A DNA stretch of 64,000 nucleotides from an uncultured delta proteobacterium (GTDB lineage: Bacteria > Myxococcota_A > Polyangia > Polyangiales > Polyangiaceae), in NCBI GenBank assembly GCA_963841435.1, contig CAWJCS010000004.1, positions 544,001 through 608,000 of the forward strand. Direction: 5' to 3'. The position numbers and the translations under genes are program-made. Positions 1-9,146 of this stretch are shown here, piece by piece (within the stretch, counting starts at the first letter, position 1; every line of letters starts with the position of its first letter). A model generated the notes under the pieces. It was not told where the DNA came from, did no database searches, and saw nothing but the letters and a program-made list of their open reading frames with translations.

Positions 1-426
1 GGTCGGGACAGACGCCGGCCCAGCCTCGAACCGTGACCATCCGGTCGAGGTAGGGCTCCGGCTCCGCCACGATGTTCGCCAAAGTCGCGCGTTCGTCCGA
101 CCCAGGCGAGTCGCTTGCAGTCGAGCCTGGGGCCGGTGGCGAGGTGGGCAACGTCTCGTGGGGCATCATGCCGTTGCTCGGGGGCGCCGAAGCGGGAGGC
201 CCCGCACAGGCAAGCACGAGCAGGGCGCACGGAATCGATGCTTTGCCAATCACGAAAACCTCACGTGGTCAACGCTACGGCACGATGCAACGTTTTTCAA
301 CGCTGCCCGCCGTCATAGGCCGCGCGCGTGACCTCGGAGCCGGGTGGGTGCGGTCCGCGTCCGCCGCGGGCCTCGACATGATAGTCGCGGCCCGCGACGG
401 CGACGCCTGACGACGCTTTCGCTGCG

Positions 427-797
427 CTACTCGGGACAGGAAAACGCGGGGACGGGTGGTAACCCGAGCGGGTCGGGGACCGCGTTCGAGGTGAACGCCA
501 GCTGGACGTGGCCGAGCTCCTTGGACTCGAACAGCGTGTTGAGCCGATCGACGTAGTTTGGATTCACCGCGGGGTCGTGGGGCGGAACCTCGAGCGCCTT
601 GTCGGCAAACGCGTAGAGAGTGAACGTGTAACTGTCGGTGTTGCGCACGGGCACGGGCAGGTCACACTTTTGCGCGAGTGCGACCGGCCACGCGGGGCAA
701 GGTGCAAAGTAGCGACCGATGCCGCGGGCCTGCACCTGCTGAGCCCCCTTCATGCCGTCGGGGAAGGGTACCGGATCGAACCCCACGCCCGTTACAG
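427..797 (-). pseudogene. 5'-truncated YbhB/YbcL (PEBP)-like protein, cut by ISCR copy A
   Basis: ORF 427..786 has 'YFAPCP...YTFTLYAF', typical of the PEBP C-terminal half; element sequence starts at 798. Confidence 0.5.
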
Positions 798-1967
798 TAA
801 ACGTCCATCTTCATGTTCTCGCCCTCGACGGCGTGTACGTCCGCGATACGGAGAGCGGCGCGCTCGTGTTCGAGGAGCTCGGCACGCCCAGCCACGTGGA
901 GGTACTAGACGTCGCACGCCGCACCGCCGAGCGCATCGACAGGCTGCTCGGAAAGAGCGGCCGGAGCCTCGAGCGGGAAGGGGACGAGCCCGTGCCCGAG
1001 CTCCTCTCCGACGAGCCGAGCCTGGCCTCGTGCTATGCGGCCGCTGCCCAGGGCATCAGCGTGAGCGGCGAGCGAGCGGGAAAGCCCCAGCTCAGGCTCG
1101 TCCTCGGCACTGGCGCCACTGCCGAAGGAGCCGAGCTCAACCCGGACGAGCCCGTGGCCGAGCACCTCGGCGTCAACATCCACGCCAAGCAGTCGGTTGA
1201 ACGGGCGTGATCGCCGGCAGCTCGAGCGTTTGTGCCGTTACATCACGCGGCCTCCTGTTGCTCAGGAAAGACTCGAGCGGCTTGCCGACGGCCAGCTCGA
1301 GCTCCGACTCAAGCATGCGTGGAAGGACGGCACGCGCGCCGTCGTGCTCGAGCCCGACGACTTGCTGGTCCGGCTCGTCGCCGCGGTGCCCCCGCCACGC
1401 TGGCATTTACTTCGCTACTTCGGCGTCCTCTCGAGCCACTCACGGCTCCGCCGAGAAGTTGTTCCGCACCCGCCCGCTGATCCGAGTGCTACCGCGCCTC
1501 CGCCTGCTCCGGGCGATCAGCTCGAGCTCGACCTCGACGCTGACGCTGACGAGCCTGCTCCGAGAAAAAGATGGGCCTGGCTGCTCAGACATGTGTTCAA
1601 GGCAGATTTGGATATTTGTCCGCGCTGCGGTGGACCGATGCGCTGGCTCGAGGCGGCGGCTACCCGAGAGTCTGCTCGTGACCTGCTCGCTCGGCTCGGG
1701 CTCGGGCCCAGGCCGCCGCCGGCTCCACCCCGCACGCCGCTCGCGCAGCTCACGCTGCCGTTCGCGAGGTGAGCCGGCTTGCGCTGGTCGCTGCGCCAGG
1801 CGAGCGTCCGCGCGCGTTCTGGGTTCGGGGAGCTCTGGCACCTCAGAGCCTCCTTCCGCCTCGTCCACGACAGCACGTCCACCCCATAGGCGTGCGTTCT
1901 TACGGCCTCGCCGGCCTCGCCGTGGGCCCCGCCCGGGACCTTTTGCCAGATCGTTTCGCCTAGGCGC
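798..1967 (+). mobile_element. ISCR/IS91-like element copy A, 5'-truncated (1170 bp)
   Basis: Matches 7258..8426 by eye except CGAC->TGAAC at 1198-1202 (frameshift); ends ...TTTCGCCTAGGCGC. Confidence 0.95.
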
Positions 1968-2078
1968 CGCGGGCGTCGGGCGACCGCGAGTGCTTCGACT
2001 TCGACGCGGACGTGTCGATCGTCAGGGGAGAGTCCGTCCAGCTCATCGGGTCATTCAGGTCTTCGCCTGGTGAGGTTG

Positions 2079-3302
2079 TCATCGGCACGCGGCTCCGTGG
2101 TCATCGGCCCACGGGGTGCACGTCGCCGCGCATGCGCCGCACGGCGCCCGCGAGGGGGTACCTGATACGCAGGCGACGACCGTGTTGCCGTCGCAGCTTG
2201 CGAAGCTGCCCAGCCCGTTGCAGCTGTCTTCCGCGGGTGAGACACACCGGAAACCTCCGGCGGCGGAACTGAACCCGCACACGGAACCACGAGCCGGGCA
2301 GTCGTGGCTTCTTGGCGCCCCCGCGTCGCAAAAGAAAGCGCTCCCGCGCAGACAGCTTCCTTCGGAAGTGAGCCCGGAGCAGCCAGTGTCGGAGATGGCA
2401 GCGTGACTGAGAACGTGCTCGATGAACGGGGGCCAGTCCGCCAATCGATCGACGCGGGTGTAATGGTCTTGGCCGACGCAGCTCGAGTTCCCGTGGTCCA
2501 GCACGCCGATGATATTGACTTCCCCGCTATCCCCTCGCGCTAGGAGGGGTCCTCCGGAATCGCCCTCGCACGCTCCGCTGCGGCCAAAGCCGTCGACGAC
2601 GACGTGATCTTCGTCGATGCTCGCGATCTGTTCCACCACGAAGCGCAGTTGTCCGAGCTCACCCTGTTCCGTCAGTCCATACCCGGAAAGCTCGGCGGGC
2701 GAGCCCACCCAGGCCTCGGCCAGTGGCTCGCGTCTCGGCGAAAGAGGGCGCAACTCCGCTGCGGCAAGTCCGTCGGCTTCCAACAGGACGACGTCGAGAC
2801 CTTGGTGAAGCCAGGTACGCTCGATTGACGCGCTCTGGAAGGGCGGATTGCCGACTAGAATTAGGCCCGTCGGTGACCCTGAGTCAGTCGTTTCATCGAC
2901 CGCGCCGTCGAGGTCGCGATCAAAACAGTGCGCGGCCGACAGCACGAAACCCGGAGCAACGAGCACTCCGCTGCACAGGGTACGGGCCCCACCGCCCGCG
3001 GGGCTCGGCGAGGTGGGTAGGACCGCCACGATGGCGAGGGTCTGGCTGGCGTCGAGCGGCACGAGGCGCGCTGCTGGCGCGCCTCCGACGATGCCGGAGA
3101 CCCAGCACTCGGGGCGTTCGAGATCGTCGGATGAGCCGTTCGTGCACCCGGCAACGATGGATAGACCCGTCACGAACCAGATCAACGCCGCCGTCCGGTG
3201 CAGCGGGCAGGTGCGCGGCTTGCGTGGCCAGCTCTGACGGTGCCTCACCAAGGGGGGTTTGGTGCCGAGGCACCGTCCAGGTTCAGGTAGGCGTCGCGAC
3301 AC
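2079..3302 (-). CDS. Trypsin-like (S1) serine protease lipoprotein with Cys-rich C-terminus; true start probably downstream of 3302
   Basis: LSAAHC, LDVVLL and CEGDSGGP triad motifs; IVAGC lipobox. Confidence 0.85.
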   Translation of the reverse strand: MSRRLPEPGRCLGTKPPLVRHRQSWPRKPRTCPLHRTAALIWFVTGLSIVAGCTNGSSDDLERPECWVSGIVGGAPAARLVPLDASQTLAIVAVLPTSPSPAGGGARTLCSGVLVAPGFVLSAAHCFDRDLDGAVDETTDSGSPTGLILVGNPPFQSASIERTWLHQGLDVVLLEADGLAAAELRPLSPRREPLAEAWVGSPAELSGYGLTEQGELGQLRFVVEQIASIDEDHVVVDGFGRSGACEGDSGGPLLARGDSGEVNIIGVLDHGNSSCVGQDHYTRVDRLADWPPFIEHVLSHAAISDTGCSGLTSEGSCLRGSAFFCDAGAPRSHDCPARGSVCGFSSAAGGFRCVSPAEDSCNGLGSFASCDGNTVVACVSGTPSRAPCGACAATCTPWADDHGAACR

Positions 3303-3829
3303 GTGGCCACTGGGTCCTCTGGCGGCACGGCAACCGCTTGGTAGCCGTCAACGGCGACGCTGTTGACCAACACGCTGCCATCCTTCGCCTGGATCGTGAG
3401 CGTAGCTCGATCGCCTGGGCCCAGCGCTGCGGCAAGCTCGGGCTCGTAGGTGAGCCACACCTTGAACGCCACCACGGGTCCGCTGGCGCCCATGGATACG
3501 CCGGCGTACACATCCGCGTGAAGCGCCCCATTAGCGTCGGCGACGTGCTCTTCGCAAACGTCGTTGTCGGTGCAGCCGGGTCGCGACCAGTCTTCCTCCA
3601 ATGGTAGCACCATGTCGTGGGTGCACACGTTGTCCTTCAAGCAGGCCCGGATGGTGAGGCTCGAGCTTTCAGCCGGAAGCTCCCCAACCCAGATGGTGTC
3701 GCACGGAAGCGGATTCGTGTGAGCCTTCTCGGCCGCCGAACTCCCACAGCTCGGCACAAGCAGCGACCCTGCTGTTGCGAGCACGAGGCCCCGCAATCCC
3801 TGCACCACGAACGTGACTTGGTCCTTCAA
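3245..3829 (-). CDS. Hypothetical lipoprotein, paralog of 3889..4476
   Basis: MKDQVTF...LVPSC lipobox; highly similar to the upstream paralog over its whole length. Confidence 0.75.
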   Translation of the reverse strand: MKDQVTFVVQGLRGLVLATAGSLLVPSCGSSAAEKAHTNPLPCDTIWVGELPAESSSLTIRACLKDNVCTHDMVLPLEEDWSRPGCTDNDVCEEHVADANGALHADVYAGVSMGASGPVVAFKVWLTYEPELAAALGPGDRATLTIQAKDGSVLVNSVAVDGYQAVAVPPEDPVATCRDAYLNLDGASAPNPPW

Positions 3830-3888
3830 AGTTCCTCTCAGGGCAAGGCGTGTCGTAGCCGGGCTGCGGGGTCAGTTCGGACCGTGCC

Positions 3889-4476
3889 TCACCAAGGCGG
3901 GTCTGGTTGCGAGGAACCGTCCAGATTGAGGTAGGCGTTACGGCACATCGCCACCGGGTCCTCTGGTGGCACCGCGACCGTTTGATAGTCGTCCACGGCC
4001 GCGCTGTCAACCATCATGCTGCCGTCCTTCGCCTGGATCGTGAGTGTCGGTCGATCGCCGGGGGCGAACGTTGCCGCAAGCTCGGGATCGTAGTGGAGCC
4101 GCACGGCGAGCGCCACCACGGGGTCGCTGACACCCATGGATACGCCGGAATAGACATCCGCTTGAAGCGCCCCACTATCGTCCGCGACGTGGCGTTCGCA
4201 AACGTTGTCGTCGACGCAGCCGGGTCGCGACCAGTCATCCTCCAAGGGTAGCACCATGTCGTGGGTGCACACGTCGTCCTTCAAGCAGGCCCGGATGATG
4301 AGGCTTGCGCTTTGGGCTGGAAGCTCGCCAAACCAGGCGGTGTCGCACTGGAGCTCTGGATTCGAGTCACCCTTCTCGGGTGTCGAACCCCCGCAGCCCG
4401 CCGCAAGCAACGACCCTGCTGTCGCGAGCACGAGACGACGCAACACCTGCAACCCGAAAGTAACCTGGTCCTTCAT
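3889..4476 (-). CDS. Hypothetical lipoprotein, paralog of 3245..3829
   Basis: ATG at 4476 (MKDQVTF); LAAGC lipobox; shared CDT..CLKD..CTHD..C motifs. Confidence 0.75.
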   Translation of the reverse strand: MKDQVTFGLQVLRRLVLATAGSLLAAGCGGSTPEKGDSNPELQCDTAWFGELPAQSASLIIRACLKDDVCTHDMVLPLEDDWSRPGCVDDNVCERHVADDSGALQADVYSGVSMGVSDPVVALAVRLHYDPELAATFAPGDRPTLTIQAKDGSMMVDSAAVDDYQTVAVPPEDPVAMCRNAYLNLDGSSQPDPPW

Positions 4477-4492
4477 GATTCGTCCCTTTCCC

Positions 4493-5737
4493 CTACCAGC
4501 AGCGAACATAGGCGTTTCCATTGCTCGTGCCGTGGTAACAGCCGCCCGGAAGCCACGATTCAATCCACGGTATCTTGTCACTCAGACGCGTGTAGTACTC
4601 CTCGTTCCCCGGCTCTGGGCAGATGTCCCCCGGCGGCTCGTGCCCCGACACCGTACCGAAAATCACGCCCGTAAATCGGGCGCCTTGCCAATCAAGCCGT
4701 AGTTCGTTGCTGGCCCTCCCGAGTCACCGGAGCATTCCCTGCCCCACCCTTGCGTGACATTGGCGTGCCAATGCGAGCTACCATTCCAGCCAACCGTTTC
4801 CCAGTGATTGCCGGAGCGTCCAATGCCCACGCCCGTCCCCGAGTCCTGATTTGCGCCGTAGCCTTCCATCCAGAACTGTTGACCGGTAACTGTCATCTGA
4901 TTCAGAATCCGCGACCACGCCGCCGAAAAGTCTGCGGGCCAAGCCCACGGAGCATCGGGGCTAATCAGCGCAAGGTCGTGATCCCTGTCGCCGCTTCCTA
5001 GATAACCGGGATAGCCGAAATAGAGCGCGTTGTCTCCGGGCGCACCACAATCCGAGACGCAAGGCCAAGGCTCCGTGATGCCATCATGTGCCCACCATGG
5101 ATAGGTGCCGAAATCGACATCCGCATGCACGCTTCCGAACAAACCAGGAACGCAGTGGCGCGCGGTCAGCATCCACTGTGGACCGATCAGAACACCGCTG
5201 CACGTTCCAATGCCGGAAATCCGGAGGCGAACCGCCCACGTGTCGAAGACAAACCCATCGGCGATCTTGTCGATGTCGCCGTTCAGGTCTTCCGTGTCCG
5301 GAGGCTCGTCACCCGCCGCGCGCGGAGAGGGCTCTGCAGATGGTAGGGACTCCAGGTAGTCGTTCCTGGCGGCCATGAACGACCTGGCGTCGTCGCACGT
5401 GGCGACGCTGCGGATGCCCCTAGCCTCTATGGCGCTTGCCGCTGCGTGGTCTTCGCCGGTGGTTTTCCCGGCCAGGATGTCGTTCATCCTCGGGATGTTG
5501 TAGAGTTCGCGTTCGACGACGTGTCGGCCACTATCCGGCTCGACACGTTCCCATTCCCCGCAAACAGTGAAGCCGTCGGCGTCTAGGTAGGGGTATCCCC
5601 GATCGACGAGTTGCCACTGATCCGCCAGGACGGCTTCCCCCCCCCCCCCCGGCGATGCCGTGGTTGTCACCGCAAGCGGTGGCCGTGAGGGCCAATATCG
5701 CTAGCCCATGTCCCCGTAACGCCCTTTTTGCTCCCAT
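4493..5737 (-). CDS. Trypsin-like (S1) protease lipoprotein with two apparent frameshifts (G14 tract at 5637-5650 and near 4680)
   Basis: RBS plus MGAKR...LTATAC; LTARHC, DHDLAL, CSGDSGGP; C-terminus YYTRLSDKIPWIE...VRCW* lies in a shifted frame. Confidence 0.75.
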
Positions 5738-5840
5738 AGCCCTCTCCTCTCTAATCGTTGGAACGCCAAGTTCCGAGTGGGTAGTTGCCACGCACCCTCT
5801 GCTTCGTCAAGTGAAGATCTGATGGAATTGAACAAGAAGC

Positions 5841-6117
5841 TGATCTTCCCCCGGTTTCGTGGACACCCCAGAAGGCGCGAGAATGCGCCGGGAGTGGACC
5901 ATGGAAAACAAGAAGCAACGAAGGAAGCGGCGCTCGTTCACGGCCGAGTTCAGGGCCGAAGCGGTTCGCCTGTGCAAGGTCGGCGACCGCAGCGTCACGC
6001 AGGTGGCCAAGGACCTCGACCTCACCGAGAACTCGCTGCGTGAGTGGGTCAAGCGCGCCGACATCGACGCCGGCAGTGGACCGCCAGGCGCGCTCACCAC
6101 AGCCGAGCGCGAGGAAC
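5841..6117 (+). mobile_element. IS3-family left end plus truncated orfA
   Basis: IRL-like TGATCTTCCCCCGGTTTCGTGGACACC; ATG at 5901 gives RRSFTAEFRAEAVRL...VAKDLDL...AEREEL (HTH_Tnp_1), then breaks off. Confidence 0.85.
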
Positions 6118-6233
6118 TCGAGCTTGAGCTCGAGCTGATCGCCAGGCGCCGGCGGCGGGACATGCGCGCTCGGATCAGCGGGCGGGTGTGGCACGACTTC
6201 TCGGCGGAGCCGCGAGTGGCTCGAGAGCAGGCC
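6117..6233 (-). mobile_element. Inverted fragment of a diverged sibling ISCR-like transposase
   Basis: Encodes GLLSSHSRLRREVVPHPPADPSAHVPPPAPGDQLELKLE versus GVLSSHSRLRREVVPHPPADPSATAPPPAPGDQLELDLD in the full copy. Confidence 0.85.
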
Positions 6234-6301
6234 AGAGTCGAGCGTCTCGACAGCCGTTTGGCCGGCGGGCGTGAGGTCAGATATCGCGATGGAGGCGCCG
6301 G

Positions 6302-6400
6302 TCATTCCTCTGGGACGCGCGTCGCCGCGCGCCTCGAGCGGCCTACCCGGGAGCTCGGGCGGGCAGCCCTCGAACGCTCCTCTATGTGGCCTTGCTCCAG
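6302..6400 (-). repeat. 99-bp internal fragment of rnpB (direct repeat of 32069..32167)
   Basis: 98/99 identical by eye; single difference at 6385 (T) versus 32152 (C). Confidence 0.95.
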
Positions 6401-6657
6401 CTTTGCTGCCCACGCCCCGGCCTGCTCGGCGCGTGCTCGTGTGCTCAGGCGGGCGCGCCGCGCGCAGCGTTGACGATGGGGTCGTCGTGGCCCGCCTTGC
6501 GCGCACTGCGCGCGCTGCCTGCGCGGGCCTTGCCCCTCCCAAACTTGTGCTCGGCCGCGGGCCTGCGCGCAAGCGGGAGGGGCCCGCGACCGGCGGCCGC
6601 GTGGCGAGCCAGTGGCCGCCGGGCATCGAGCAAGCGCGATCTGGTGAGAGAGCGCAT

Positions 6658-6686
6658 CGGCACGCGGCTGGCTCGAGCGCTCGAGC
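6658..6686 (+). promoter_or_regulatory. Possible sigma-54 (-24/-12) promoter overlapping a 16-bp palindrome just before the transposase start
   Basis: CGGCACGCGGCTGGCT has GG-N10-GC spacing; GCTCGAGCGCTCGAGC (6671-6686) is a perfect palindrome abutting GTG at 6687. Confidence 0.3.
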
Positions 6687-8231
6687 GTGGGCGATCCCGC
6701 GCACAGTCGGCAAACAGAGCACGGCACTACCCGTCGGGACGGCTACGCGCGAAGGCGACCGGAAGACGGCGTGCTCTACCAGACGGTGGCCGAGCGCTGG
6801 CCGGCGTTTCGCGAGCGGATGGAGGAGTCGGGCGGGCTGCCGAAGTTCGTGGTGAGGGAGTTCGAGGAGTTCTTGAAGTGCGGCATCATCGAGGAGGGTT
6901 GTCTCCACCTCGTGTGCCGTAGCTGCGGCTACTCCGAGGTCGTGGCGCTCTCCTGCAAGAAGCGAGGGTTCTGCCCCAGTTGCCTGGGGCGGCGGATGGC
7001 GGATACGGCGGTCCACTTGGAAGAGCGTGTGCTGCCGTGCGTGCGCATTCGGCATTGGATTTGTTCCTTGCCCTGGGGCCTCAGAGCCTTGCTCGGCTAC
7101 GACCGCGAGCTCTGCGCGAAGGTCGTGAGCGCGTTCGTCGGTGAGCTCAGCCGCTCGCTCAAGAAGAGAGCGAAAGGAGAGTTCGGCCTTGCGAGCGTCG
7201 AGGATGCGCACACCGGCGCCGTCTGCACCGTGCAGAGGACGGACGGGGCTTTGCGACTAAACGTCCATCTTCATGTTCTCGCCCTCGACGGCGTGTACGT
7301 CCGCGATACGGAGAGCGGCGCGCTCGTGTTCGAGGAGCTCGGCACGCCCAGCCACGTGGAGGTACTAGACGTCGCACGCCGCACCGCCGAGCGCATCGAC
7401 AGGCTGCTCGGAAAGAGCGGCCGGAGCCTCGAGCGGGAAGGGGACGAGCCCGTGCCCGAGCTCCTCTCCGACGAGCCGAGCCTGGCCTCGTGCTATGCGG
7501 CCGCTGCCCAGGGCATCAGCGTGAGCGGCGAGCGAGCGGGAAAGCCCCAGCTCAGGCTCGTCCTCGGCACTGGCGCCACTGCCGAAGGAGCCGAGCTCAA
7601 CCCGGACGAGCCCGTGGCCGAGCACCTCGGCGTCAACATCCACGCCAAGCAGTCGGTCGACGGGCGTGATCGCCGGCAGCTCGAGCGTTTGTGCCGTTAC
7701 ATCACGCGGCCTCCTGTTGCTCAGGAAAGACTCGAGCGGCTTGCCGACGGCCAGCTCGAGCTCCGACTCAAGCATGCGTGGAAGGACGGCACGCGCGCCG
7801 TCGTGCTCGAGCCCGACGACTTGCTGGTCCGGCTCGTCGCCGCGGTGCCCCCGCCACGCTGGCATTTACTTCGCTACTTCGGCGTCCTCTCGAGCCACTC
7901 ACGGCTCCGCCGAGAAGTTGTTCCGCACCCGCCCGCTGATCCGAGTGCTACCGCGCCTCCGCCTGCTCCGGGCGATCAGCTCGAGCTCGACCTCGACGCT
8001 GACGCTGACGAGCCTGCTCCGAGAAAAAGATGGGCCTGGCTGCTCAGACATGTGTTCAAGGCAGATTTGGATATTTGTCCGCGCTGCGGTGGACCGATGC
8101 GCTGGCTCGAGGCGGCGGCTACCCGAGAGTCTGCTCGTGACCTGCTCGCTCGGCTCGGGCTCGGGCCCAGGCCGCCGCCGGCTCCACCCCGCACGCCGCT
8201 CGCGCAGCTCACGCTGCCGTTCGCGAGGTGA
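6687..8231 (+). CDS. IS91-family/ISCR-type HUH transposase (Zn-binding N-terminal domain plus Y2_Tnp)
   Basis: CRSC...SCKKRGFCPSC zinc motif, NVHLH HUH motif, ERLCRYITRP single-Tyr ISCR-type motif, LRYFGVL, C-terminal CPRCGG. Confidence 0.93.
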   Translation: MGDPAHSRQTEHGTTRRDGYARRRPEDGVLYQTVAERWPAFRERMEESGGLPKFVVREFEEFLKCGIIEEGCLHLVCRSCGYSEVVALSCKKRGFCPSCLGRRMADTAVHLEERVLPCVRIRHWICSLPWGLRALLGYDRELCAKVVSAFVGELSRSLKKRAKGEFGLASVEDAHTGAVCTVQRTDGALRLNVHLHVLALDGVYVRDTESGALVFEELGTPSHVEVLDVARRTAERIDRLLGKSGRSLEREGDEPVPELLSDEPSLASCYAAAAQGISVSGERAGKPQLRLVLGTGATAEGAELNPDEPVAEHLGVNIHAKQSVDGRDRRQLERLCRYITRPPVAQERLERLADGQLELRLKHAWKDGTRAVVLEPDDLLVRLVAAVPPPRWHLLRYFGVLSSHSRLRREVVPHPPADPSATAPPPAPGDQLELDLDADADEPAPRKRWAWLLRHVFKADLDICPRCGGPMRWLEAAATRESARDLLARLGLGPRPPPAPPRTPLAQLTLPFAR

Positions 8232-8426
8232 GCCGGCTTGCGCTGGTCGCTGCGCCAGGCGAGCGTCCGCGCGCGTTCTGGGTTCGGGGAGCTCTGGCAC
8301 CTCAGAGCCTCCTTCCGCCTCGTCCACGACAGCACGTCCACCCCATAGGCGTGCGTTCTTACGGCCTCGCCGGCCTCGCCGTGGGCCCCGCCCGGGACCT
8401 TTTGCCAGATCGTTTCGCCTAGGCGC

Positions 8427-8983
8427 TCAAGACGGCGAAGACCGACTACACCGAGCACGCCGACAAGCACGACGTCTCCAACATCGTGCGTGGCATCATG
8501 AAGGAGCAGCACCGCGCGATGTTCGCCGCTCTGCGCGCGGGCTCGCTCGACGCGGCGCTCGAACGAGCGATTGGTCCCCTGTCCGAAGTTCCCGCGAAAG
8601 GCCCTGCCAGCCGCCGTCCGGAAAGCGTGCGTCCCGCGCATCCGCGCGAGCAGAATAGCCCCCGCCGCGGCCCACCACAGAACCCCGCCCTGCAGGGCGT
8701 GTCGCCCTCCGTGTCGCCTCCTACCTCTGACGACTTCGACGCAGGCACACTGCGCGATCTCCCGCCCGCGTCGCTGTCGCAGCCAGCGCCGCGCTCGCGC
8801 AAGACCAACCAGCCGCCGCGCCGCAGTCGCCCCCCGTCGCCGCATCGCCCGGCGGCCCAATTCGCCGGGGCGCCGGAAGCCCGTGCCCGCTCCATCTTCG
8901 GTGACGAAGCGATCAGCGAGCAGACCTTGGACGAGGTCATCCTGAGCTATCTCGCCGAGGATCTCGACGACTCGGGCGAGTGA
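8427..8983 (+). pseudogene. 5'-truncated conserved myxobacterial hypothetical protein, fused to the element terminus
   Basis: Frame opens at the junction as LKTAKTDY...IMKEQHRAMFAALRAG and ends FGDEAISEQTLDEVILSYLAEDL; N-terminus absent; family recognised from memory. Confidence 0.6.
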
Positions 8984-9146
8984 GCCGCGTCGCGCTCGCG
9001 GGGCGGCCTGTTGTGGGTGCGAGCTGCTCGATTCTTCCGGGCTCGTCGCGACGCGCAGTTCACCGCGCGCCGTTGACGCCCGGTGCGCACTGGGTTTATG
9101 CTCCTAGACGCGTGGGCGGCTGATCCGCGGCGCGCTGGAGGGTTCA

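Larger units (their letters stand above)
6401..8426 (+). mobile_element. ISCR/IS91-like rolling-circle element, longest copy; 5' limit uncertain
   Basis: Intact HUH transposase plus a 195-bp tail ending at the terminus shared by all four copies; no inverted repeats or target duplication seen. Confidence 0.9.

Noticed and set aside
1-426. Short ORFs at the window start
   Set aside because: No recognisable motif; no call can be supported.
5751-7211. 486-aa minus-strand ORF, and many other overlapping ORFs in the track
   Set aside because: Shadow frames typical of high-GC DNA; this one simply reads across the antisense of the transposase and the fragment stack.
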